A DNA stretch of 63,924 nt, the filler included, from Octopus bimaculoides (lineage: Eukaryota), in NCBI RefSeq assembly GCF_001194135.2. It is 9 parts of 7 records of this genome, joined end to end, with 100 filler letters (N's around TTAATTAATTAA, not from the genome) between each part and the next. Parts side by side here need not be neighbours in the genome. Positions count along the whole stretch, not along the records: positions 48,380 to 52,359 come from NC_069003.1; positions 52,460 to 62,600 come from NC_068981.1; 7 more parts are not named here. The stretch is one strand, 5' to 3'. Shown here one piece after another: positions 48,690 to 62,532 of this stretch (the stretch's first letter is position 1; each line of letters begins with the position of its first letter). The position numbers were made by a program, and so were the translations under genes. Below the pieces are notes generated by a model. The model did no database searches and was not told the DNA's origin. It worked only from the letters and a program-made list of their open reading frames with translations.

Positions 48690-51046
48690 TCATTATTTCT
48701 CTTACTGATATATCTATCTGTCTATCCATCTATCCATTATCTATTTATTTGTCTGTCGGTATGTATCAGTCTGTCTGTCATCAATCAGCCTGTCTATGTT
48801 TAACGCTAAGCAAGGAACAGGAGAAAGCAGAGGAGGATCTAGCTGAAAATTAAAAAAAAAAAAAAAAGAACCCCCATTGCTCTAAACCTCAGCAGCAGCA
48901 GCAGTGATGTGAAGGGTTTTTAAGTTCAGACATAATTGCATCTAACACTAGCATCTGTCATGGGGTTTCCTGTATTCTTGTATGATCACTGACCACCCAC
49001 CTACCCAGTCCTCCGTTAATAGAGAACCATACAGGGGGAATACTACTGTGGCCATGTTATGGAAAAAAAAAAATGTATCTTGTTTGTTTGTTTTTCAGCC
49101 TCTATGTGGTCAGCTGATGATCTAGAAATGGCAGTCAGATATCCTTTGTATCGTGTCACATCCTGCCATCTTATTAAAAGTAGTATGTTATAGACATAAT
49201 GAAAGTTAATGGGATGCTGTCTGATAAAAACAAACGAACAAACAAACATGCTCTGTGATTAAGTAGCTTGCTTCCCAACCAAGTGGTCTTGGGTTAAGTC
49301 CCACTGTGTGACACCTTGGGCAAATGCCTCCTATTATAGCCACAAGACCTTGTATGTGGATTTGGCAAATGGAAACAGGAAGAAGTCCATCATGTGTGTA
49401 TTTCTTTGCCATATTTCATTCCATAGCTGTCATCTCTGAGAAGCGCAGGGTTACATAGTCGGACTTTTACCTAACATTCCATTGAACACTTAGTGTGAAA
49501 CTGATCAGTAAGATCAGCTGTAACATATAATACTGTACACTTCTATTTATATATATGTGTGTATCTTTGTATTTGTGCTTGTCCTTCCCCCATTTCTTTG
49601 ACAACAAGTATTGGTTTGTTTATATCCCTGTCAGGTAGAGGTCTGGCGAAAGAAACTGGTTGTATAAATACTGGGATCAATTTGCTTGACTAAACCTTTC
49701 GGGATGGTGCTCCTCTATGATCACTGTCCAATGACTGAAAGAAGTAAGAGGTTAAAATAGTACAAAGAAAGTTGTGCTGGACCAGGACTGACCTGGGATT
49801 AAGCAACAACAATAACAGCAACATCTGTCTAACTGTAAAGAAGTAATGAAGCAACACCCCCATCTTTCTCTACATGGTTGTTTCACCTCGAATGAGCCTG
49901 TCAAGTTTCTTTCATATCACACCTTACTATCTGAAACAAGGAAGGAAAAATACATTAGTTAATGTTATTATATCCTAAAAAGACAGGATAGTCATAGTTG
50001 GAATGTCTCTGATTGGGAGTCTGCTCACTCAGGGTTATCTCTCTAAATATCTCTTAAGTCAACTGCTAATGTCTTTATTTACCTCAATGTGTGTGTGTGT
50101 GTGTGTGTGTGTATCAAAAATTAGAGAATGGAGTAGATAAAATCCAGGCTACATATGTTTCACAGCTAGCAGAACCTCAGAAGTAGTAATTACCCCAATG
50201 AGGAGTAATCGAAGGTTTTTGCTAACTATAAAACATACGTAGCCTGGATCGTGAAGTTGTGAGTTCGAATCCCAGACCAGGCTGCGTGTTGCGTTCATGA
50301 CCAAGACAGTTTCTATAGTCGGATGCCCTTCCTAATGCCAACCACCTAACAGTGTGCTGGGTACTTTTTATGTGCCACCAACGTGGGTGCATTTATGTAG
50401 CACGGGTATGGATACCTGAAAAGACCAGCCTGTATGTGTGGAAAACAGTGGTTCTACTTACCTTGACGTGTCTTCTCAAGTACAGCAAATCGCCACATCT
50501 CCTGGTCCCTTGTCATTTCCTCACTGAGACTCAGCATCTGAAGATCCTTTCTTCTCACATCTTCCTGGGTCTGGGACTTGAAAATAGAAAATAGGTCCTA
50601 TGATTGATTTGCTTAATTAAAACTGTTCATAATGGTACCCCAGCATGACCGTAGTCCAACAACTTAAACAAGTTAAAGATAAAAGATATATACCTTCTGA
50701 ACATTCTGTTTGTGTATAGATTGTAAGTTGTTCACTTTGACCAAGAATGATAATAACCCGGAGTGAATAATTGTATATTACACCATACAGCATTTGATGT
50801 AAAGTCTGTTGTGTCACACAACTCTTTCTTTCTCTCTGGAGTCTACCTTTTTCTATTTTTGATTACACGCACACATGCAAGCACACACGTGTACATACTA
50901 GATGCATACACACATGAACACACACATACAGGTACATACTAGATGCACACACACACACACACATATGCAGGCACAAAATCAATAGAAAAACATACAAACC
51001 TAGAAATCAGAACTGTAAAAATACTCTTGCAAACAGACGACTTAGA

Positions 51047-51106
<60 letters not shown>

Positions 51107-52459
51107 TANNNNNNNNNNNNNNNNNNNNNNNNNNNNNNNNNNNNNNNNNNNNNNNNNNNNNNNNNNNNNNNNNNNNNNNNNNNNNNNNNNNNNNNNNNNN
51201 NNNNNNNNNNNNNNNNNNNNNNNNNNNNNNNNNNNNNNNNNNNNNNNNNNNNNNNNNNNNNNNNNNNNNNNNNNNNNNNNNNNNNNNNNNNNNNNNNNNN
51301 NNNNNNNNNNNNNNNNNNNNNNNNNNNNNNNNNNNNNNNNNNNNNNNNNNNNNNNNNNNNNNNNNNNNNNNNNNNNNNNNNNNNNNNNNNNNNNNNNNNN
51401 NNNNNNNNNNNNNNNNNNNNNNNNNNNNNNNNNNNNNNNNNNNNNNNNNNNNNNNNNNNNNNNNNNNNNNNNNNNNNNNNNNNNNNNNNNNNNNNNNNNN
51501 NNNNNNNNNNNNNNNNNNNNNNNNNNNNNNNNNNNNNNNNNNNNNNNNNNNNNNNNNNNNNNNNNNNNNNNNNNNNNNNNNNNNNNNNNNNNNNNNNNNN
51601 NNNNNNNNNNNNNNNNNNNNNNNNNNNNNNNNNNNNNNNNNNNNNNNNNNNNNNNNNNNNNNNNNNNNNNNNNNNNNNNNNNNNNNNNNNNNNNNNNNNN
51701 NNNNNNNNNNNNNNNNNNNNNNNNNNNNNNNNNNNNNNNNNNNNNNNNNNNNNNNNNNNNNNNNNNNNNNNNNNNNNNNNNNNNNNNNNNNNNNNNNNNN
51801 NNNCTCTCTCTCTCTCTGACTCTCTTCCTTTCACTCACACTGTCACCTTCCATTCACAACTCTCTACTCTCTCCTTCTCCATCTCTTCGTCCCCCCCCCA
51901 CCACCACCATCACCTAAATCCTTCGCTAAAGGATTTAAGCTAGAGACACAAGTTACTGTCCCCATCTTAAGGGACCAGTGGTGGTGGTGGCAGCAGCAGT
52001 GGTGGTTGGGGATTAAATAGAGCCAAGAGATAGAATTTCAAATCTGAGCAAAGCCAGATAAACTACGCCAGGTTTTTTTGGCAAGCATGTTTTCGTATTG
52101 TCCACTGTCTGTCTGTCTATCTCCGTGTACATTGTGTGTGTATGTGTGTACAGCGAGGGGATGTTTGTCTCTGTATGTGTTTGTGTGTGTATACATACAC
52201 ATATATACATGTGTGTGTACGTATGGTGTGCGTGAGTGTTTGTGTGTAGTATGCTTATTGTGTAATGTTCATCAATGTGTGTGTATATTTGCATGTGTTT
52301 CTTGTGAGAGGATGTGTGTGCATGTATGTATGCATGTATATACATACATATATATATATNNNNNNNNNNNNNNNNNNNNNNNNNNNNNNNNNNNNNNNNN
52401 NNNTTAATTAATTAANNNNNNNNNNNNNNNNNNNNNNNNNNNNNNNNNNNNNNNNNNNN

Positions 52460-52501
<42 letters not shown>

Positions 52502-53389
52502 AGTGTGTGTGAGTGTGTGTGTGTGTGTTACTGACAATAGCTGTAAATTTATAATTGCAGACGCCGTACTTACAGAAGTCAAAGTGAAAAATCGAAAATA
52601 ATTAAAATATAGACAAAAACATGCTTGTAACAAACAGACGGTTTAGTATTGCTAAGTTAATTGAAGATGAGACATAAATTACAATATCATCACGGTAAAA
52701 CTGACTTGATTGTTACATGGAATTCTAATATCAGCATACCATTTTAATCAACACCGCTATCATATTTTCATCAGCATATATATTCTGTTCAAACACCTGT
52801 CTTCAACTTTATTTTTCTGTAAATTTCAACTATATATATAAATATATATACATACACAGACACATACATACGTACATTAATATATATATATATATATANN
52901 NNNNNNNNNNNNNNNNNNNNNNNNNNNNNNNNNNNNNNNNNNNNNNNNNNNNNNNNNNNNNNNNNNNNNNNNNNNNNNNNNNNNNNNNNNNNNNNNNNNN
53001 NNNNNNNNNNNNNNNNNNNNNNNNNNNNNNNNNNNNNNNNNNNNNNNNNNNNNNNNNNNNNNNNNNNNNNNNNNNNNNNNNNNNNNNNNNNNNNNNNNNN
53101 NNNNNNNNNNNNNNNNNNNNNNNNNNNNNNNNNNNNNNNNNNNNNNNNNNNNNNNNNNNNNNNNNNNNNNNNNNNNNNNNNNNNNNNNNNNNNNNNNNNN
53201 NNNNNNNNNNNNNNNNNNNNNNNNNNNNNNNNNNNNNNNNNNNNNNNNNNNNNNNNNNNNNNNNNNNNNNNNNNNNNNNNNNNNNNNNNNNNNNNNNNNN
53301 NNNNNNNNNNNNNNNNNNNNNNNNNNNNNNNNNNNNNNNNNNNNNNNNNNNNNNNNNNNNNNNNNNNNNNNNNNNTATACATATATATA

Positions 53390-54910
53390 TTCTTTTATTC
53401 TTTTTTTGTTTCAGCCATTTGACTGCGCCATGCTGGAGCACCACTTTTAGTCTAACAAATCGACCCCAGGACTTATTCTTTGTAAGCCTAGTACTTATTC
53501 TATGTTTTTTTTTTTGCTGAACCGTTAAGTTACGGGGACGTAAACACACCAACATGTGCTGTCAAGTGATGGTGGGGACAAACACACACACTCATATACA
53601 TATAGGTAATTTCTAAGTGGTCGTTCGAACTGCTAGAAACAGTGGTCAGGTTTCTCACATATTGTTCGAAGCGTCCTTAAGAACACATCAGATGAAGTTT
53701 CAAAGCAAGAAAGAGTGGCTGATAAAACTATTGATAGATACGGCTGTAATCATGGATGATGAGCAAATTTAAAACAAGGAAGGAAAAAGAAAAAGGCAAA
53801 CCAGCAACAAAAGCCAGTAGCAAAATAGATAAAAGCATTGATTACAAACAACAATAGCAGCTACACTAACAACAACAATAATAATAATTTTTTCTACTAC
53901 AGGTACAAGGCCCGACAGTTTGCGAGAGGTGGCTATTCGATTACCTCGACCGCAGTCGATCCCGAGGCGATGAAAAGCGAAGTCGCGTTCAGTGGAATTT
54001 GAACTCTAAACGTAAAGCCCAACGACATCCTGTGAAGCGTTTTCTTCGCCATGATAACGGATCTGCCGGCATGCCACATTTATAGCAACTATAATAATGG
54101 TTTCAAATTTTGGTTCAAGGCGAGCAATTTTGAGGGTGGGGGTAAATTAATTACATAGACCCCCCAGTGATCAACTGGAATATATTTTATCTACTCCGAA
54201 AGGATGAAAGGCAAAAATCGATCTCGGTGGAATTTGAACTCAGAACGCAAAGGCGGACGAAATACCTATTTCGTTATTGCCCACAAGGGGCTAAACATAG
54301 AGGGAACAAACAAGAACAGACGAACGGATTAAGTCGATTACATCGACCCCAGTGCGTAACTGGTACTTAATTTATCGACCCCGAAAGGATGAAAGGCAAA
54401 GTCGACCTCGGCGGAATTTGAACTCAGAACGTAACGGCAGACGAAATACCGCTAAGCATTTCGCCCGGCGTGCTAACGATTCTGCCAGCTCGCCGCCTTG
54501 GCACAACAACAATAATAATAATAATGACACCTTGATAACAACAATAGTAATAACACACAAAAAAAAAATTACAGCAAAATAACAGCAACGTCAACAACAA
54601 TAATTACAAACTACTATAACAATACATGCGGCAACAGCAGCAACAAAAGCGGCTAATAGAAATAACTAGCTAAAAACACGAACAGCAGCAATAATAACTA
54701 CAATAATCTTTTCTACTATAGGTACAAGGCCTGAAATTTTGGGGGTGGAGACTAGTCGATCACATCGAACCCCAGTGTTTCACTGATATTTTTTTTATCG
54801 ATCCTGAAAGCACGAAAAGCAAAGTCTACCTCGGCGGAATTTGAACTCAGAACGCAAAGACGAACGAAATGCTGCAAAGCATTTCGCTCGGTGTGCTCAG
54901 CTCACCACCT
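53390..54910 (-). mobile_element. Cluster of SINE copies (family B 53390-53600; family A 53890-54080, 54100-54500, 54715-54910)
   Basis: Repeated GGAATTTGAACTCAGAACG and AAAGGATGAAAGGCAAAGTCGACCTCGGC blocks separated by (AAC)/(AAT) tracts. Confidence 0.8.
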
Positions 54911-55709
54911 TGACAACAACAATAATATTAACTACACGAACGAAATAAGAAATCAATATCAACATGAACAACAAAAGCAACAACAACCAAAAATGCAGTG
55001 ATAACATCAAAAACAATGAATTGCAGTAACAACCAGCGTCATCACAATACCATCTGTCATCAATTACATATCTGCATCGGAAGAAATAAAAAAAAAAGTG
55101 TTTTCATGTTTTATGAATATCAGATTCAATAAAATGTTACTTCACCTCTGATCTTGCTATACACCAACTGTGTATGGAACAGAGGGTGTAGGAGGAGGTA
55201 GAGAAAACAGAAGAGGAGACGGACCGGAAATATGACAAGGTAAGGGAAATTTGTTGGAAACATTTAAAACGGTTTCTCTTTTCCTTTCCCTTCCTAGCTG
55301 CAAATAGTTTCTATCTATTTTTTTTTTACACTACGCATACATATATACATATGTACAAATGCAAACACGTAATAATGTATGTATGTATGTATGTATGTAT
55401 GTATGNNNNNNNNNNNNNNNNNNNNNNNNNNNNNNNNNNNNNNNNNNNNNNNNNNNNNNNNNNNNNNNNNNNNNNNNNNNNNNNNNNNNNNNNNNNNNNN
55501 NNNNNNNNNNNNNNNNNNNNNNNNNNNNNNNNNNNNNNNNNNNNNNNNNNNNNNNNNNNNNNNNNNNNNNNNNNNNNNNNNNNNNNNNNNNNNNNNNNNN
55601 NNNNNNNNNNNNNNNNNNNNNNNNNNNNNNNNNNNNNNNNNNNNNNNNNNNNNNNNNNNNNNNNNNNNNNNNNNNNNNNNNNNNNNNNNNNNNNNNNNNN
55701 NNNNNNNGA

Positions 55710-55990
55710 GTGGATTTGGTAGACTGAAACTGAAAGAAGCTCGTCGTATATATGTATATATATATATATATGTATGTGTGTCTGTGTTTTTCCCCCCAAC
55801 ATCGCTTGACAACCGATGCTGGTGTGTTTACGTCCCCGTAACATAGCGGTTCGGCAAAAGAGACCGATAGAATAAGTACTAGGCATACAAAGAATAAGTC
55901 CTGGGGTCGATTAGCTCGACTAAAGGCGGTGCTCCAGCATGGCCACAGTCAAATGACTGAAACAAGTAAAAGAGTAGAAGAGTAAAAGAG
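55710..55990 (+). mobile_element. SINE family B, 3' part
   Basis: GAGTGGATTTGGTAGACTGAAACTGAAAGAAGC..GGCGGTGCTCCAGCATGGCCACAGTCAAATGACTGAAACAAGTAAAAGAG. Confidence 0.85.
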
Positions 55991-55994
55991 TAAG

Positions 55995-56473
55995 AGTTAA
56001 GGAACGGAGTATATAAGATCCGGGTTACATATGTTTCATAGCGAGCGGAACGTCGGAAGTGGTAAATATCCAAGGGAGGTGTATATGTCAGGCTGCTCTT
56101 CAGGCCAAGGATATCTTGATTAAATGAAAGTTTATATTGTCGCAAGGAGGTACATTCAGATTGAATCTTCTATAGTACAGTTCTATATTTAAGAGATGAG
56201 GAATTATGTACATTATTTACATTATTTACATTTGACGGATATTTGTCCTCATCTTGTTTCTTGTTAACACAACGTTTCGGCTGATGTATACTCCAGCATT
56301 CATCAGGTGCCTTGGGGAAATTTCGAACTTGGGTTCTCATTCCTAAGGTATTTTTTCGATGTTATTATTATTATTTATTATTATTATTATTATTGTTGGT
56401 GGTGGTGGTGTTGTTGTTATTCCAGGCAGTGACCCGAATAATAATAATGATGATGATGATGATGATGATGATG

Positions 56474-56543
<70 letters not shown>

Positions 56544-56547
56544 TAAT

Positions 56548-56582
<35 letters not shown>

Positions 56583-56686
56583 TAATAATAACAATAATAA
56601 TAATAATAATAATAACAATAATAAAAACAACAATAATAACAATAATAACAACAACAATAATAACAACAACAACAACAACAACAATG

Positions 56687-56719
<33 letters not shown>

Positions 56720-57030
56720 TGGAATGAGAACCCAGGTTCGAAATTTCCCCAAGGCACCTGATGAACGCTGGAGGGTACATCAGCCGAAACGTGTTAACAA
56801 CAAACAAGATGAGGACAAATATCCGTCAAATATAAATAATGTAAATAATGTAAATCTTCCATGTGTAACATGTACCTCCTTGCGACAATGTAAACTTTCA
56901 TTTAATCAAGATATCCTTGGCTTGAAGAGTAGCCTGCGGTAAACACCTCCCTTGGAAATTTACCACTTCCGACGTTCCGCTCGCTATAAAACATATGTAG
57001 CCCGGATCTTATCTATTTCATTCCCTAACC
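55995..57030. repeat. Foldback: inverted arms 55995-56345 / 56717-57030 around an (ATT)/(AAT) microsatellite; probable Penelope-like termini
   Basis: GATCCGGG.TACATATGTTT..AGCGAGCGGAACGTCGGAAGTGGTAAA..GGGGAAATTTCGAAC.TGGGTTCTCATTCC on the left is the reverse complement of the right arm. Confidence 0.9.
56266..56311 (-). ncRNA. Hammerhead-like motif (degenerate helix II closing pair)
   Basis: Minus strand GGCAC-CTGATGA-AT-GCTG-GAGTATACAT-CAGC-C-GAAA-CGT-T-GTGTT. Sister copy at 56753-56795 (+) has a 3-nt deletion at helix III. Confidence 0.4.
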
Positions 57031-57233
57031 CTTGTATTCTTATTAGCATACCCGGCAACCCCGGTAGCCTACCGTGAAATATAAAAATAGCTTTTTTTCA
57101 ATTTATCGTAGTTCGATAAAAAAATATATGTATAACTACAACCTTCCGTCTCAATAAACCACTGAAAATAAACCCTAAAAGCTGGGTTTTTTTTTTTTAA
57201 ATATTCACTACGGTTTGCTTGAATCTTATATTT

Positions 57234-57272
<39 letters not shown>

Positions 57273-57399
57273 AGGTGTTCGGGCTGAATTTGATAGTTCG
57301 CATATTTATAGACTTTCGAAGCCTATGAACTAAGTAAATAGAACATACACGTTTATATAGTCACTTCCGCTTAATTGACTATATTTATATTCTACCTAC

Positions 57400-57800
57400 G
57401 GCCATACTGGGGCATCGCCTTGAAGATTTTTTTTTAATCGAACAAATTGACTCTAAGACTTCTTTTTTTCAACCTAGTACTTATTCTATCGGTAACTTCT
57501 GCCGAACCGCTGAGTTACAGAGAAGTAAACACATCAACACTGGTTGTCAAACGATGGTGAGGGAGACGAACACGAACACAAACACACACACTCACACACA
57601 AACAAACACACTCACACACACATACACACACGCACACATATATACGACGGGCTTCTTTCAGTTTCCGTCCACCAAATCCACCCACAAGGCTTTGGTCGGC
57701 CCGAGGCTATAGTAGAAGACACGTGCCCAAGGTTCCATGCAGTGAGACTGAACCCTGAACCATGTGGTTGGGAAGCAAGCTTCTTATCAGACAACCACAT
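57400..57800 (-). mobile_element. SINE family B, near full length
   Basis: GGGCTTCTTTCAGTTTCCGTCCACCAAATCCAC..GCTTTGGTCGGCCCGAGGCTATAGTAGAAGACACGTGCCCAAGG..GGGAAGCAAGCTTCTTA. Confidence 0.85.
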
Positions 57801-58399
57801 AGAAAGTCTCCATAGTGTAATATACAATCGATTCCTACTGAACTGACTGAATTTAGTTATTCGATAACTGCATAATTGTTCAAAATACAGCACCATTTCG
57901 TATCAGTTCTATGGAAAATAAACCCATAAATTGCTTAAGTAGTTAATTACTTTTATTTAAGAAATATTGTTTCCAATTTAAGAGAACTTGGTAAAATGCA
58001 GCATCAAGCTGAGAATTTATTTAGCTGATATAGATAATGTGTATCTAGATAGTTTTGTCTTGATGGTGCATTGAAATGAGCAGTTAAGTACTTCATTTTT
58101 AGAAACGACTAATTTATTCAAATGTATTCAAATTATTCTTACCTTTTCAATGAATTCAAGACTATCAAATTCAAACTCCACTGTATTTTTATCCATTCTT
58201 TTTCTTTATGTAATTAACATTCTTGAGTTATTAAATCTACACTATAGCTATAATTTGTAAAACAATATTTATTAATCAAGCGATGCATGGACGCCATTTT
58301 CTTCTCTATGTTATTGGCTATATTAGTTTGTGATTGGACTACTTAAATTTTTTTTAACCGCATTACCGATCATGTCAACGTTACGTAATTCACAGTGTG

Positions 58400-60050
58400 A
58401 TGAAAGTTACTGTCGGGACGTAATGAATCAGATTTAGTTAGGTAATCAAAGAATATTATAAGGAACTGAAAAACCTAATAGGAAACAATTAAAGCGATCA
58501 TGCTGATACATATCAGGACAACAAGACAGTAGGACGTAGGTAACTACCATGCACATAGTTGTTGTCTTAATGAACAGTTAATGCTGTTACTGAGCTTGGA
58601 GTTATCTCATGTGTCTCCTGGCTTTAAATCAGAAGTTATCCCAGGAGGTAATGGTGAAATATAACCAGATAGGACTCAACTACAAAGGTATTATAGCAAC
58701 CTGTTAATCTAATGATATTCCAAACAGAAAAAAGTAATGATCCAAAAAAGATGCTGGTGTAGAGAGGTGAGAGAAAACATTATTCTAATGTTCAACAACA
58801 CCACGTATAGAGCTGGATTAATACGGTGAGAGAACAGTAAGGCATTTAAATGAAGAAGTGTTGAACTCTACAAATGCATGAGTGTCTCAAAGAAAATGCG
58901 ATATAACATCAAACTGACGAAAAGAAAAAACGTCGTGGCTAGAAAGATGTAGCTCATAACTAGACTCATACAGTATTACTTCGTATTGTACATATTTACA
59001 ACGCTGATGATATCTATAATGTAGACGAAACTAGATTGCCTTAAGCAGCTAGTGGAAGCAAAGATGTATAGATTAAAATTATAAGGGGACCACGAAAGAA
59101 AGTAAGGGAAAAATTAAAATAAAATAAAATTACTGCTGGCAGGGAAAATTAAAGATTATAGGCTCAGGCGTGGTTGTGTGGTAAGAAGTTTGCTTTCCAG
59201 CATATGGTTCTGCGTTCAGTCTCACTATGAGGCATCTGGGGCAAGTCTCTTCTACTTTAGCCTCAGGCCGACCAAAGCTTTGTGAAGGGATTTGGTAGAC
59301 AGAAACTGGAAGAAGTTCGTCGTATATAATGTATGTATGTCTGTGTGCGCGCGTGCGCGCGTCTTTGTGTATGTATTTGACCCCGCCAAAGCTTGACAAC
59401 CGGTTTTGGTGTGTTTACGTCCTCGTAACTTAGTAGTTCGGCAAAAGAGACCGATAGATAAGTACCAGGCTATACAAAAATGTAACAAGTATTGAGGTCG
59501 ATTCGTTCGACTAAAATTCTTGAAGGCGGTTCCTCAGCACGGCCGCAGTCTGATGACTAAAACTAGTAAAAATTATCCAAATGCTTCCGTGAAATGACGA
59601 ATCCATAGACCTATAAAAAGCAGTAAGTCCACTTGGAAGGCTGTAGAGATAGTTACCACTTGGCTGAGGTAATCCAAAAAACATGCAGCTCAAAAGGGGA
59701 ACGGTGTATTGCTTGCAGACAATTGCACAACCTACCCAAACGCAGCATCAGTAATTCGAGCATACATTATAAAAGCTTTGAAAGCGTTACAAATCAGAAG
59801 CTTGGTCAGAAAGTTGATTCTTATAATTGCTAAAAACTGGATATAATTGTCTAATCACAAAATCAAGGAGCAGTTTTCGGACGCCTTCACTCAACAATAA
59901 TTTTCAAAAGGTTGGTTTATGCCACTATAAACGGGTGTAGAAGAATTAGCTGTGCTGATCGCTCTTGCTGTTTGGAAAATCACAGAATCTCAAGAGTGGA
60001 AGAACCTAGTCGTCTCGTTCTAAAATGGTGACAACGCAAGATCAACAAAT
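58400..60050 (+). mobile_element. Decayed Tigger/pogo (DDE_1) transposase, interrupted by a SINE
   Basis: IYNADDIYNVDETRL (58994-59038; the FNADETGL motif), and GVLLADNCTTYPN..YIIKALKAL (from 59703; the LLLDNCPAHP and QGIIKALK motifs). Confidence 0.7.
59160..59570 (+). mobile_element. SINE family B, full length
   Basis: GGCGTGGTTGTGTGGTAAGAAGTTTGC..GGGCAAGTCTCTTCTACTTTAGCCTCAGGCCGACCAAAGC..GAAGGCGGTTCCTCAGCACGGCCGCAGTC. Confidence 0.85.
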
Positions 60051-60149
60051 AATAATGGTTTCAGATTTTGGCACAAGGCCAACAATTTTGAGAAGGGGAA
60101 AGGAAGTCGATCACATCGATCCCAGTAAAATCGTAAGGGTAAAGATCTA

Positions 60150-60482
60150 CTTCAGTCATGAATGACCATGGGTTTGCACCTAGAAAGTTACCTTCCCAAG
60201 CACAAGTCTGGGCAAGGTTGTCTATAAAAGACCAGCAGTTGCCCATGCATACCAGCTTCCTCTCCCCACGCCACCGATGTTATCGAAAGGAAAAGCAAAA
60301 GGAGACGCAGCTTGACAACAGTGACGTCACGACTCATTTCTACAGCTGAGTGAAGAGCTGAGAGCAACAGGAAATGATGTGTCTTGCTCAAGAACACAGC
60401 ACACAGCCTGGTCCCAGAATCGAACTCACTACCTCATAATTTTGAACCCGACGCTCTAACCACTGAGCCATGCACCTTCACA
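60150..60482 (-). mobile_element. tRNA-derived SINE (third family)
   Basis: Minus-strand head GTGAAGGTGCATGGCTCAGTGGTTAGAGCG (box A) ..GAGTTCGATTC (box B), then TGTTCTTGAGCAAGACAC. Related diverged heads at about 3665-3800 and 50240-50310. Confidence 0.7.
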
Positions 60483-60959
60483 CAGTATTTGGTTGATATT
60501 TCGTATTATCAAACCCACCTGGAAAAAAAGCAACCTTGATGGTATTTGAAATCAGAACGGGAACAACCGGACTACATGCCACTAATGGTTTTGTTCGACG
60601 TTCTAGCAATTCTGCCAGCTTGCCGCCTTTGATCTAACAAATAACTATGACAGCAAATGATGATCATGACAACGACGACGACGATGGTGGTGGTGGTGGT
60701 GGTGGTCGTGATAATGATGACGACGACGACGATATGATGATGGTATAGATTTGCTGCTGCCTATCTGAATAACGAAAGTTAAACTCACAGAGATTCTTTA
60801 AAACGCCTGCAAATAAAATTAGCAGATAAAAATCTACGATAATTTCTAATAAACTAAATAAATAAATATTTGTTACTGTTTCTTCAAATCGATATTCTTC
60901 GTGATCGATTTCTTTTTTTTTTTTTTTTTTTTGTTTTTTCAAAAGAATTATCTAATACG

Positions 60960-61350
60960 GATTGGAATTCTTTTACTTGTTTTATTGGACGGTGACCGAT
61001 CTTGGATAACATCTTGAAGGATTTAGTCGAAAATATCGGTTCCAGTAGATTTTTTTAAAGTGTAGTATTCATTCTATTGAGTTCTTTTGCCAAAGAGCTA
61101 GATTATGGAGCCATCAAAAAATTAACACCGGTTGTCAAGCGGTGAGGAGAGAAACACACAGACACGTATACACATACATACACGCACACACATATACGAT
61201 AACTTCCAGAGAGTTTCCGGCCATCAAATTCACTCACAAACATTGGTCGGCCTGGGACTATAGCAGAAGACACATACCAAGGTTTCACGCCCTGAAACTG
61301 AACTCGAAACATGTAGCGAAGTGAACTTTTTAACCACACAGTCATGCCTA
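60960..61350 (-). mobile_element. SINE family B, diverged
   Basis: CGGTGACC..TCTTGGA..GTATTCATTCTATTGAG..ACACCGGTTGTCAAGCGG..AAACATTGGTCGGCCTGGGACTATAGCAGAAGACAC. Confidence 0.7.
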
Positions 61351-62064
61351 TGTCCGTAAGTAAATAAAGTAAGACAAATATTTGCTTCCTAATTTAATAT
61401 ATATTCCCGACATATGTAACATGGTCACAATGGCTCATTACTTGCAATATATAAAAATCTAATTTATCGTCGGCTACTATGTTAACGACAAAAACACAAA
61501 AATGAAGTCATTTACGTGTGTATGTGTGTGTGTGTGTGAGTTCGTATGACTGTGTGCACTGTAAAACAACTTCATTGTCTCTAATCAGCAACAGATAATT
61601 ACACGAAGGTGATTAGTCATGCTGTATGTATAAATCATTGCATGTCGTCTGCTGTCATTGCATGTTGTCTGCAACTTATCACTCTTGAAATTCACAAATT
61701 TATCATTCTGTAGACCCACTAAAACCATCTCCAACCGACAAGGGACGCTCTACCTGGTCTCTGGACTTACTAGATATAGCACCTAAATACATATCAAATC
61801 AGATCCTACCGTCGCAAGACGAGAAAATAAAGATGCATTGAATGATGCGGTCTCGGATGCAGGGGCGGCCTAATATCATATATTTGCTACAGTATAGAGC
61901 ACATTATACACATACAGGATAAAAGTTATAGTATATATTACATAATAGATAAACGATATAAATAATACTCATTTACACACATATATGTATATACATACAT
62001 AAATTTATTCTCGAACAAAAGAGCTTATGTATATAAATGATATATATATCCATAAATATATATC

Positions 62065-62114
<50 letters not shown>

Positions 62115-62468
62115 ACATACATATATGGGTACAGGACGTCACCATCAGTAAACAACATGAGAAATATTTTCATGTTGGAGAAAATATTTTCATTGGCAAG
62201 AGAAAAAAGACAGAAGATAGAGATATGATACGTGCTGTCCTTATGAGATTGCTGAAAGAAAAGACGATCAGGTGAGGAAGAGAAAGATGGACGATGGTCA
62301 CCTGTGAGCAACGAGACAGAGGGTAGAGAAAGAGAGAAACAGATAGAAAACGGCGAAGGGGAGGAAAAGAGGAATTAGAGAAAGGATGAGAGAGGAAACA
62401 GTATAGAGTAGAGTCGTATCAAAAAGATAATGATAAACTCACTTGGAAATGGATGCGTGAATCAAATA

Positions 62469-62532
<64 letters not shown>

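Noticed and set aside
49460-49510. Possible small minus-strand exon (LILLISFTLSVQWNV) as a GALNT transmembrane exon
   Set aside because: It is very short, has no family motif, and lies on a different segment from the GALNT exon.
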